64,000 nt of DNA, taken from the NCBI GenBank assembly GCA_964019335.1, contig OZ025741.1, positions 310,001 to 374,000 of the forward strand, in the 5' to 3' direction. A program made the position numbers and the translations under genes. The notes below the pieces were generated by a model. The model had not been told where the DNA came from. It searched no databases and worked only from the letters and a program-made list of their open reading frames with translations. Origin of the DNA: Diplonema japonicum (Eukaryota > Protista > Euglenozoa: Diplonemea). Position 1 is the first letter of the stretch. Each line of letters starts with the position of its first letter. Shown piece after piece: positions 1 through 9,091 of the stretch.

Positions 1-583
1 ATCAAAAAAGAAAAAAAAGTTTTTTTTTTTTGACTCCATGTCTTTGTTAATCGCACGGATCAAGAAACGGCTGAGAAAAGGGCAGGTGTTTCTCCCCCCA
101 TTATCCTGCTGGCACAAGCCTACGTCAAGCCTTTATTTATTTTTATTTTTTTTTCTTGAAAAAATACAGTTTTAAAGAAATGAAAAAGAGAAAAAAAAAA
201 AAAAAAAAAAAAAGAAATTAGTTCAGAATTCTTGTGTTTGTTTGTTTGCTTGCGTGCCTAGCCAGGATTCACATCGTGTGCCCTGAAGCGTGTAAGCTTC
301 AAAACCTGTATAAAATCAACTAGAGCATTTTGACGAATAGGTAGATAATCGTTAATACAGAAGGGGGGGGAGAAAAAAAATATATAAAAAAAATCTTTTT
401 TTCAATCTTTACCATTCCCCTTTACCCTTTCATTTTCTTTTTAGTCCGGCTTCGGGTGCTTAGTTGCAGCCTCAATTTTTTTTTTCCCCCCCTTTCCAAT
501 TTTGTTATTTCTTCTTTTTTTTTTTTTCCGAAAAGAGAATGAACGAACTAAAAAAAAAGAAGAAAAAGAGTTCCGGGGAAGGG

Positions 584-617
<34 letters not shown>

Positions 618-883
618 AAGAAAGAAAAAAAGAAAGAAAAAGAAAAATAGAAAACAAAAGAGCATATTCTTAATAAGAGAGGAAGACAAACAAAAACAAA
701 ACCAAAAAAAAGAAAAGAAAAAGAGAGAGAGAGAGAGAGAGAGAGATAGATAGATAAATATGTAGAACGCTTAGTTGGCCCATTGGAAGGGAGGTAAGGC
801 CACGTCCGAAGGAACTCTAAGGAGTTTAAAAAAAAAAAGAAGAAGAAGAGGAAAAGACGACCTACATTAGTAAGAATCTGCGT

Positions 884-3800
884 TTAATGCCCAGCACACT
901 CACAAGCACCCACAAGAGGATTCCAAGCACATTTGTGACTGGGGTTCTCAGGGCATGCATTGCCACAGGTGTCTTTGGAGTAATCGCTACACTTGCGGGC
1001 AGGAGGTCTGCACGAGCAGCTGGACTGAGCAGCGTCCCAGTGACACGTCATGTACCGGTTCTCTGGGCACTCTTGGCCGTAGCAAGAGCCCTGCGACACG
1101 AAGGAGGAGCAACTTGCGGGCCTTTTGCACCCGCACGACCCCTCTGCCCACACACACTCCGAGTTTACATCTTCCGGGCACACACCATTACACAGCCCTT
1201 TGTATGTAATGGCTGCACAGCTCTGCGGTCTCTTCTTGGCGCATCCACAGGTTGCCATGTGAGGGCTCCACACACACTGCGAGTTGGGGTCCTCAGGGCA
1301 CATCCCTACGCAGCTCGACGGGTCACCGTAGTCAGAACACCCTTGTTTCCCACACGCACACCCGCCTTCTTCTTCGTCCCACTCGCACTGGGCAGAAGGG
1401 TTCTCAGGGCACGCCCCCAGGCAGGATTGTTTAGCCAACCCTCTGCATGTGCGCAGTGCTCTTCTGAAGCACCCGCACATGTTACGTGCCCTGTCCCAAT
1501 GGCAAAGGCTGTCAGGGTTCTCAGGGCACACCCCATGGCACTCCCCGGGTGTCGCGTGTTCGGAACATTTGTGCGCAACAGGTGCACACCGGCACGTCGC
1601 CGAGCTGCCGTCCCACTCGCATGTGCTCAGGTCGTCCTCCGGGCAGACACCCCCGCACAGTTGGGGTTCTGTAATGTCCTGGCAGCTGTCCAGTCCGTTG
1701 TCAAAGCACCCGCAGTGCCCGTGCTGCCACACGCAGAAGCTGCCCAGGTTGTCAGGGCAAACACCTCTGCACTGCTCGGCATTGGCGATGTCAGAGCAGT
1801 GCTTGATCTTTTCGGTGGGCACTGGTGTTGGGGCAGCGGTGGGTTTTTGCATGCATTCGCATTTTCCCTGTAGTTCGTGTCCATGATGATGATGATTGTG
1901 GTGCACACGCTCATAGCTCCACACGCAGTCATTGCTTGGGTCCTCTGGGCAAGTGCCTCTGCATAGCTCTTCAAAAGTGATGTCCCCACAACTGCCCAAC
2001 CCACCATCCCTGCAGCCGCAACCAGTTGTGTTGCTCCATTGGCACCACCCGATGTGGTTCTCGGGACAAGAGCCTGCACACCTGTCGGCAGTAGTGATGT
2101 CACTGCAGTACTTTACTTCGGTGGGTGCAGGTGTTGGTAAGGTGCAGCCGCATGTTGCAGACGCGTCACTCCACTCGCAACGTAGCTCAGGGTTCTCGGG
2201 GCATGCAAAATACTGGCAGAGCTCCTCCCCAATGGCCGCGCAGCTCTCAGGTTGAGGGCAGCTGCACTCTCCGATGATTGGGCTCCACACACAGTTCATG
2301 GCACCGTCGTGCTGACACGCGTTGCTCTCGCACGTATTTTCACTAGTGTGCTCCTTGCACAACATATGCTCCTTGTACCCACAGGTCGCACTGGTGTGGT
2401 TCCAGGCACATTTTCTTGTCGAGTCTTCAGGACAGTCGAAGAGCATGCATTCGGTTTCACTCATCAATTCATTGCACGCAGCAGGCGGTGGTTGTGGTGT
2501 GCTAACGGGCACTGGCGTCACTCGTGGTGCACACTCACAGTGCGACCCGTTTCGTGTGCTGTCGACCCATCTGCAGTGCCGTGCCACATCACTCGGACAT
2601 GGAGAACTCTTGCACTCGTCCTCATCCATGATCTCGATACACGACATAGGTGGTGCCATCGTGCGCGGTGCTGCCGTTGGAGGATTATTGGCCTCATTAC
2701 ACTCACAGCCTGCAGACTCATTCCAGCTGCAGTTACGTGTGGTGTCGTCAGGACAAGGTGTGATTGCGCATTGCTCGGCCTCCTTCACAGACGAACAGGA
2801 CGTGATGGGGCAGCCGCATGAGCTGCCTGTCCACTCGCAGTAGGTCCCGTTCCCGCCGCCAGGGCATGGGGTCACGTTGCATGTGTCCTCACTGGAAACT
2901 TCTTCGCAGCTGGCAGGTGGGCAGTCGCACGCCTCGTTGATGTCGTTGTACATGCACATGCGCCCGCTCTGCCCACAAGTAACAGCCATGCACACACTCT
3001 TCGCTCCATCGAACTCAGAGCACGCGTTGCAGCCGCACTCCCCGCTTGCCCACGTGCACCTCCCTCCCGTCTTGCAGTTACTCCTTTCGCACGTCTCCTG
3101 GTTCGTTGCCTGTGCGCATGATTCCTCCATGGGCGTGGCTTCGGGAGCACCGAAAGGAGCATCTGTCACGAAAATACACTCGCAACTGGCAGTGTTGTTC
3201 ACCCCCGACACCCAGCTGCAGTTGTGTGCAGCATCATCAGGGCAAGCTGATTTCATGCACTCCTCTTTAACGGCGATGTCAGAACAGAACTCCGCTGGAG
3301 CTTCTGTCTCAGGTGCGGAAGTGGTAGGCATTGCGGTGTCAGGTGCATCTGTCGCAGGGACACCGGTGGAGGGGGCATCTGTGATGAAAACACACTCGCA
3401 ACTGCCAGTGCCATTCACCCCCATTGACCAACTGCAGTTGTGGGCCATGTCCTCAGGGCAAGATGACCTCATGCACTCCTCCTCACTTTTGATGTCAGCA
3501 CACATAGTGGCAGGTGGTGATTGCGTAGCAGGTGCAGAAGTCTCAGGTGCGGGGGTTTCGGGTGCTTCAGTCTCAGGTGCAAGGGTTTCAGGTGCATCAC
3601 TTTCATAAATGCATTCACACCTGTTTGTGCCGTCGAGTGTCTCTGTCACCCAGGTGCAGTTGTACTGTGGGTCTTCCGGGCAAGCTGATTCCATGCACAC
3701 TTCTGAATTTGTGATATCAGAACAGAACTCCACAGGTGCTGCTGTTGCCGGTGCATCTGTCGCAGGGACACCGGTGGAGGGGGCATCTGTGATGAAAACA

Positions 3801-5278
3801 CACTCGCAACTGCCAGTGCCATTCACCCCCATTGACCAACTGCAGTTGTGGGCCATGTCCTCAGGGCAAGATGACCTCATGCACTCCTCCTCACTTTTGA
3901 TGTCAGCACACATAGTGGCAGGTGGTGATTGCGTAGCAGGTGCGGGGGTTTCGGGTGCTTCCGTCTCAGGTGCAAGGGTTTCAGGTGCATCACTTTCATA
4001 AATGCATTCACACCTGTTTGTGCCGTCGAGTGTCTCTGTCACCCAGGTGCAGTTGTACTGTGGGTCTTCCGGGCAAGCTGATTCCATGCACACTTCTGAA
4101 TTTGTGATATCAGAACAGAACTCCACAGGTGCTGCTGTTGCCGGTGCATCTGTCGCAGGGACACCGGTGGAGGGGGCATCTGTGATGAAAACACACTCGC
4201 AACTGCCAGTGCCATTCACCCCCATTGACCAACTGCAGTTGTGGGCCATGTCCTCAGGGCAAGATGACCTCATGCACTCCTCCTCACTTTTGATGTCAGC
4301 ACACATAGTGGCAGGTGGTGATTGCGTAGCAGGTGCAGAAGTCTCAGGTGCGGGGGTTTCGGGTGCTTCCGTCTCAGGTGCAAGGGTTTCAGGTGCATCA
4401 CTTTCATAAATGCATTCACACCTGTTTGTGCCGTCGAGTGTCTCTGTCACCCAGGTGCAGTTGTACTGTGGGTCCTCTGGGCAAGCTGATTCCATGCACA
4501 CTTCTGAATTTGTGATATCAGAACAGAACTCCACAGGTGCTGCTGTTGCCGGTGCAGCGGTATCAGGTGTCCGCGTTGCTGGTGCATGCGTCTCAGGGGC
4601 ATCGGTATCATATACACATTCGCACCTAGCCGACCCGTCAAGCGTCTCTTGCACCCAAGTGCAGTTCTGAGCATCGTCTTCAGGACAGGCGGACTCCATG
4701 CAAAGTGCAGCATTTGAAATGTCGGAGCAGAACTCTGCAGGTGCCTGCGTGTCGGGCGCAGTCGTGGGCACTTCTGTCTCATGATCGGGGCAGCTGCATG
4801 AATCGGTGGTATTTTCTGCAGACCAGCTGCAGTTACGTGTGGTGTCGTCAGGACAAGGTGTGATTGCGCATTGCTCGGCCTCCTTCACAGACGAACAGGA
4901 CGTGATGGGGCAGCCGCATGAGCTGCCTGTCCACTCGCAGTAGGTCCCGTTCCCGCCGCCAGGGCATGGGGTCACGTTGCATGTGTCCTCATTGGAAACT
5001 TCTTCGCAGCTGGCAGGTGGGCAGTCGCACGCCTCGTTGATGTCGTTGTACATGCACATGCGCCCGCTCTGCCCACAAGTAACAGCCATGCACACACTTT
5101 TCGCTCCATCGAACTCAGAGCACGCGTTGCAGCCGCACTCCCCGCTTGCCCACGTGCACCTCCCTCCTGTTTCCTCGCATGAACTGCGCGAGCAAAACTC
5201 TTCATTGTCGGCCTCCGTGCATGACTGAGAGCTCACGACTACCATAACCGCTGCCCAGAGAGACACTCTGAGGACCAT
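884..5278 (-). CDS. Secreted cysteine-rich repeat protein (~30 six-Cys CxW modules with mucin-like T/A/P linkers), ~1464 aa
   Basis: Likely start MVLRVSLWAAVMVVVSS (ATG at 5278), which looks like a signal peptide. Repeated C-x(8-9)-C-x(3-4)-CP-x6-CxW-x(n)-CxC modules; no C-terminal TM segment. The upstream part of the tracked ORF is low-complexity spacer. Confidence 0.85.
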   Translation of the reverse strand: MVLRVSLWAAVMVVVSSQSCTEADNEEFCSRSSCEETGGRCTWASGECGCNACSEFDGAKSVCMAVTCGQSGRMCMYNDINEACDCPPASCEEVSNEDTCNVTPCPGGGNGTYCEWTGSSCGCPITSCSSVKEAEQCAITPCPDDTTRNCSWSAENTTDSCSCPDHETEVPTTAPDTQAPAEFCSDISNAALCMESACPEDDAQNCTWVQETLDGSARCECVYDTDAPETHAPATRTPDTAAPATAAPVEFCSDITNSEVCMESACPEDPQYNCTWVTETLDGTNRCECIYESDAPETLAPETEAPETPAPETSAPATQSPPATMCADIKSEEECMRSSCPEDMAHNCSWSMGVNGTGSCECVFITDAPSTGVPATDAPATAAPVEFCSDITNSEVCMESACPEDPQYNCTWVTETLDGTNRCECIYESDAPETLAPETEAPETPAPATQSPPATMCADIKSEEECMRSSCPEDMAHNCSWSMGVNGTGSCECVFITDAPSTGVPATDAPATAAPVEFCSDITNSEVCMESACPEDPQYNCTWVTETLDGTNRCECIYESDAPETLAPETEAPETPAPETSAPATQSPPATMCADIKSEEECMRSSCPEDMAHNCSWSMGVNGTGSCECVFITDAPSTGVPATDAPDTAMPTTSAPETEAPAEFCSDIAVKEECMKSACPDDAAHNCSWVSGVNNTASCECIFVTDAPFGAPEATPMEESCAQATNQETCERSNCKTGGRCTWASGECGCNACSEFDGAKSVCMAVTCGQSGRMCMYNDINEACDCPPASCEEVSSEDTCNVTPCPGGGNGTYCEWTGSSCGCPITSCSSVKEAEQCAITPCPDDTTRNCSWNESAGCECNEANNPPTAAPRTMAPPMSCIEIMDEDECKSSPCPSDVARHCRWVDSTRNGSHCECAPRVTPVPVSTPQPPPAACNELMSETECMLFDCPEDSTRKCAWNHTSATCGYKEHMLCKEHTSENTCESNACQHDGAMNCVWSPIIGECSCPQPESCAAIGEELCQYFACPENPELRCEWSDASATCGCTLPTPAPTEVKYCSDITTADRCAGSCPENHIGWCQWSNTTGCGCRDGGLGSCGDITFEELCRGTCPEDPSNDCVWSYERVHHNHHHHGHELQGKCECMQKPTAAPTPVPTEKIKHCSDIANAEQCRGVCPDNLGSFCVWQHGHCGCFDNGLDSCQDITEPQLCGGVCPEDDLSTCEWDGSSATCRCAPVAHKCSEHATPGECHGVCPENPDSLCHWDRARNMCGCFRRALRTCRGLAKQSCLGACPENPSAQCEWDEEEGGCACGKQGCSDYGDPSSCVGMCPEDPNSQCVWSPHMATCGCAKKRPQSCAAITYKGLCNGVCPEDVNSECVWAEGSCGCKRPASCSSFVSQGSCYGQECPENRYMTCHWDAAQSSCSCRPPARKCSDYSKDTCGNACPENPSHKCAWNPLVGACECAGH
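2723..3070. repeat. ~350-bp intragenic duplication; partner copy at 4823-5170, exactly 2100 bp away
   Basis: Lines 2761-3060 and 4861-5160 match except for a few substitutions. Confidence 0.9.
3343..4555. repeat. Three near-identical in-frame tandem units (393-408 bp) inside the Cys-rich gene
   Basis: Equivalent positions recur at 3609, 4002 and 4410; units differ by a 15-bp indel (ETSAP). Confidence 0.9.
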
Positions 5279-5426
5279 GTTGTGTCGGGTGCGCGTCAGC
5301 AGAAAAAAAGAAAAGTGTGTAAAAAACAACCTGGGGAACGGGTGAAGAACTCGAATATGAAGAAGAAAGAAGAAAATGGAAGAATAAAATAAAATCACCA
5401 AATGAGATGTGTTTTAGCAACGACAC

Positions 5427-5468
<42 letters not shown>

Positions 5469-5575
5469 AAAGAACATGAATTTAACAAGGAAAAAGAGAG
5501 AGAGAAAAAAAAATAGAAAAGAACAAAAGAAAACCAAAACATAACTAAAGCACGGCTAACTTTCCCCCCCCACCC

Positions 5576-8425
5576 CTACCAAACCTGCCTATTGTATGCC
5601 TCCATGAGCCTAGTTCTGGCAGCATGGACAGCAGAGCCTGATGGGAGGGAACCTTGCGGGGACATGCCGGTGTTGCCCGTTGCGGGGCTTAAGAGTATGG
5701 GAGATACAGAGTCGACCACGTTGCCAAGGGTAAGGAGGGTGTGGGAGGGTGCCTTCAAGGGCTGATACAGGACCATAGAAGGGGGTGGCCGCTTCTTCTT
5801 CGCAGGGGTGAAAAAGTGCTCAACAACCTTGTCTGAAAGCGCCTTGCTGATGTCCGCGTTGTACTTCTCCGTCGCATTCGGTAAGACGACTCCGTCGTTG
5901 GTAGGACGCGAAGCACACCGCGTTTTCTTCTTCCCCGCCTTTAGTACAGGTGTCAGATAGGGCGACTTCGCAGGTAGTTTCTTCTTTCTCATCTTCGATG
6001 GTCTCTCCATGCTGTTGCCCTGCGAGCTGGCCTCGGTTGTAGTCCACCTCAGTTTCTCCATTGTCCTGAGAGATGTCTTTTGTTCCGGCGGGGTTTGTGG
6101 CGTAGCTGCCTCTTCCTCTGCGTACTTTCTAGTACTCTGTGCTATCTCCCTTCTGATCCTATTTGTCTTCGTGTCACCTACATACTGCGCTTTCAGAACT
6201 GCCTGTGGATTGCACTTTACCTTCACCACTGCCCATGATGCCATGGCGCTGCACAATGCTGCTATTATATTGCTCGATATTGAGGTGTCGTGTGGGAGGC
6301 TCTGGTGGTTGACTGTGGTCGTGGTGGGTTTTGGTGCCTCGAAGAGGGTTTTCAGTGCGTCAAGCTTCACTTGAAGCTCTTGCTTGCGGATTGCCAGTTG
6401 TTTGCCCAACGCTTGGCGCGCGCGGCTCCTTGCGACGTAGGAACGGAACGCGCACTGTATGGTGACGGCGCTGATCCAGGTCACTTCGTTGATTTCCTCT
6501 TGAAGGTTCTGCAGCCTTCGTGTGAGTCGTGTTCCATGTGTTTCCTTGCAGGCCAGGCACACCCGGAACCAGTTTTGTACGACCTGCAGTGCGTCGGCAA
6601 ATTTTTGCTGGTGTTCTGCGTCTCTCGCCGACCCGTCGCGCACCTTGGCCAGCCAACGCCGCTCTCTCACTGCGGAGTAGCACTTCCATGCACGCTGCAT
6701 GGCACTGGCCTTCTTGTACACTATACATGAGACTCTTCTTACGGCAAGTTTGTATTGCGTGCATTGTGCTAGTACCTGCAGTCGCCACTGCCATGCCTTG
6801 TCGTAGGTCTGGTGCAGTGCTTGGCGTGTTTTGAACCCTCGCAGGCACCTTTGAACAGTGAGGAGGTCGTGTGCTCGTAGCACATCGGCTTCTTCTTTGC
6901 TGTCAAGGCACCGAAGGATGGCCTCCTTGATGCGTAGCCGTTTCACAGCGGCCTTCGCGCGGCACGTGCTGAAGAATCTTTGCAGCAGACATGCTGAGTA
7001 GAATTCGACCTCTGCCCGTTCTGCAGCTTTCTGGTATTCCTTCTCCACCGTTTTCTCTATGTGCGCGCATCTTGCTTTGTACGACCGCCACGCGCACTGC
7101 ATCACCGTCGCCTTCTTGTTCGTGTACACAGTGATACCCAGCAGCAGCCGCACACGAAACGCCTTTGCAATCCTCTGCAGGGCTTTTGCGGTCTCGAACG
7201 CCTTCACAGGCAGCCGCCGCGCCTCCTTGACAGCCTTTTCCCTATGGATCGTTCTCGCTAATTTCCCTGCAGCGAGCTTTCCCTTCCGCAGTGCGGAGCG
7301 GCACGCGTTGGCTTGCGAGATGTAGTAGTTCACCCTTGGGATGCTGCTGAGCTGGATCCACTGTGGTGTCGGTTTGAGGAGAAGCGCGGGGGCGAGACAA
7401 GAGTTCTCCTCTGGTTGGGGTAGAAGAGCCCCGTCGGGGGGTGGTTCCACGAGGGCCCAGTGCCAGAACTTACCGAGTTCTTTCCGAGCGGTGGAGTACA
7501 CACCGTGCCTGGTGTGCGCTTCGAGGCGAGTGAGGAGGTCTCGGGACACATCTTCGTCCCTTGAGAGCCCGTGCACGCGGCGGTTCCTTGTGGAAAGCGA
7601 GGCGAGGGTGGTGCGGGCTGATTTTTGGATGCTTTTTGCGTTGGCCGCGCGGTGGATCCCCCGCCTGGTGCGGTGATGCGACCAGGTGGACGTGATGAGC
7701 TTTGCAGCAGTCTCCTTCTCTTGCTCCTCACTTTTCCGGGCAGAATTGTCCTGTGATTCCTGGAACCGCACACGTTTGTGCTCGACAACCGAGCTGTCCC
7801 TCTTGGATCGGTACCACCGTTGAACCCTTCCTGCGGCGTTGTGCAGTTCTTGGTCGACGCTGGCGGCTTTTTCGAGTTTCCGCGCTTTTTCAACAGCAGC
7901 CCGCCGTGCACGTGCTTCCTTGTACGCCCTGTAGTAGTGCTGTATTGTCCGTGCGGCAGTGGCACGGCGGGATATAAACCATCTGAACTGCTTCTGTATG
8001 CACAGTGCTGCCGATGTTATCTTTTGTTGGGCTTTTGCAATGTGCCTGCGCCAGGCCTTTTGTATGCACAGTGCTGCTGATGTTATCTTTTGTTGGGCTT
8101 TTGCAGTGTGCCTGCGCCAGGCCTTCTGTATGCACAGTGCTGCTGATGTTATCTTTTGTCGGCCTCTTGCAGTGTGCCTGCGCCAGGCCCGGGCGATCAT
8201 TTGTTGGGCGTAGGAGAGCTCGGCTCGCTTGCTCTGTTCTACTTCTTCTGTGTGGCGTCTCTTCCTTTCCCTTTGCTTCACTCCGCTCACCCACCAGGCT
8301 TGTATTTTGGAGGCCTCGAGGTGGTAGTCTTCTTGTGCGGCATCGATGCAGAATTCTTCATCTTCTTCGGCCTCCTCACGATCCCCTCCCGAGGACAGGG
8401 TGAATGATTCTTCAGAGCCGCTCAT
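5576..8425 (-). CDS. Multi-IQ-motif (calmodulin-binding) protein, 949 aa
   Basis: Many IQxxxRxxxxR-type motifs (IQKAWRRH, IQHYYRAY, VQRWYRS, MQCAWRSYKAR, VQRCLRGFKTR, IQCAFRSYVAR). Three 66-bp tandem repeats at ~7991-8188. Confidence 0.85.
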   Translation of the reverse strand: MSGSEESFTLSSGGDREEAEEDEEFCIDAAQEDYHLEASKIQAWWVSGVKQRERKRRHTEEVEQSKRAELSYAQQMIARAWRRHTARGRQKITSAALCIQKAWRRHTAKAQQKITSAALCIQKAWRRHIAKAQQKITSAALCIQKQFRWFISRRATAARTIQHYYRAYKEARARRAAVEKARKLEKAASVDQELHNAAGRVQRWYRSKRDSSVVEHKRVRFQESQDNSARKSEEQEKETAAKLITSTWSHHRTRRGIHRAANAKSIQKSARTTLASLSTRNRRVHGLSRDEDVSRDLLTRLEAHTRHGVYSTARKELGKFWHWALVEPPPDGALLPQPEENSCLAPALLLKPTPQWIQLSSIPRVNYYISQANACRSALRKGKLAAGKLARTIHREKAVKEARRLPVKAFETAKALQRIAKAFRVRLLLGITVYTNKKATVMQCAWRSYKARCAHIEKTVEKEYQKAAERAEVEFYSACLLQRFFSTCRAKAAVKRLRIKEAILRCLDSKEEADVLRAHDLLTVQRCLRGFKTRQALHQTYDKAWQWRLQVLAQCTQYKLAVRRVSCIVYKKASAMQRAWKCYSAVRERRWLAKVRDGSARDAEHQQKFADALQVVQNWFRVCLACKETHGTRLTRRLQNLQEEINEVTWISAVTIQCAFRSYVARSRARQALGKQLAIRKQELQVKLDALKTLFEAPKPTTTTVNHQSLPHDTSISSNIIAALCSAMASWAVVKVKCNPQAVLKAQYVGDTKTNRIRREIAQSTRKYAEEEAATPQTPPEQKTSLRTMEKLRWTTTEASSQGNSMERPSKMRKKKLPAKSPYLTPVLKAGKKKTRCASRPTNDGVVLPNATEKYNADISKALSDKVVEHFFTPAKKKRPPPSMVLYQPLKAPSHTLLTLGNVVDSVSPILLSPATGNTGMSPQGSLPSGSAVHAARTRLMEAYNRQVW

Positions 8426-8793
8426 TCAGCGCCAGTTGAGAACATGTACAAGGGCCCTAGTTGTATGTGGATTAGGGTGGGGGGGGGGAACAAAAAGAAG
8501 AAAAAATGGAAAATCAAAAAAAAAAAAATACGAGAAAGATATAACGTGCCACGGGGGTGCTGTGTGTGTTTCTTTGTTCCGCTTGCATCACTCCCTTTCT
8601 CCTCTTTTTTTTGTTTCGTTGTCCCCCCCCCCTTTTTTTTCTCTTTTTTTCTTCTTCGGGGTTCTTTTTTTTTTATTCTCTGGAAAAAAGGGGATTTGGT
8701 GTTACACAGTTACAATAAAGAAGTGAAAGGGGGGGAAATATAAAAAAAAAGAAGGAAAAAGCAAGCCGAGCTGAGAGAGGTGAGGGGATAACC

Positions 8794-8831
<38 letters not shown>

Positions 8832-8973
8832 TTAAAGAAAGGGGACCCACCCCACTCCTTTTCATCACTGACGTTTTCTTAAGCAACAACAAAATAAAAA
8901 ATTCCCTCCCCCTCTCCCCCTCCCCCCCCCCTTTTTTTATAAATTACCCAAACATAAAGCCAGATACAGATAG

Positions 8974-9017
<44 letters not shown>

Positions 9018-9091
9018 GACAAACATTTTTTTGTAGTTGTTCAGCCACGCGCAAGGGGAAAAACAATAATAATTGGGCGCTCTCTTTTCCT

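Noticed and set aside
441-753. Poly-Lys/poly-Phe ORFs here and in most spacers
   Set aside because: Translations of A/T homopolymer runs with no coding signal.
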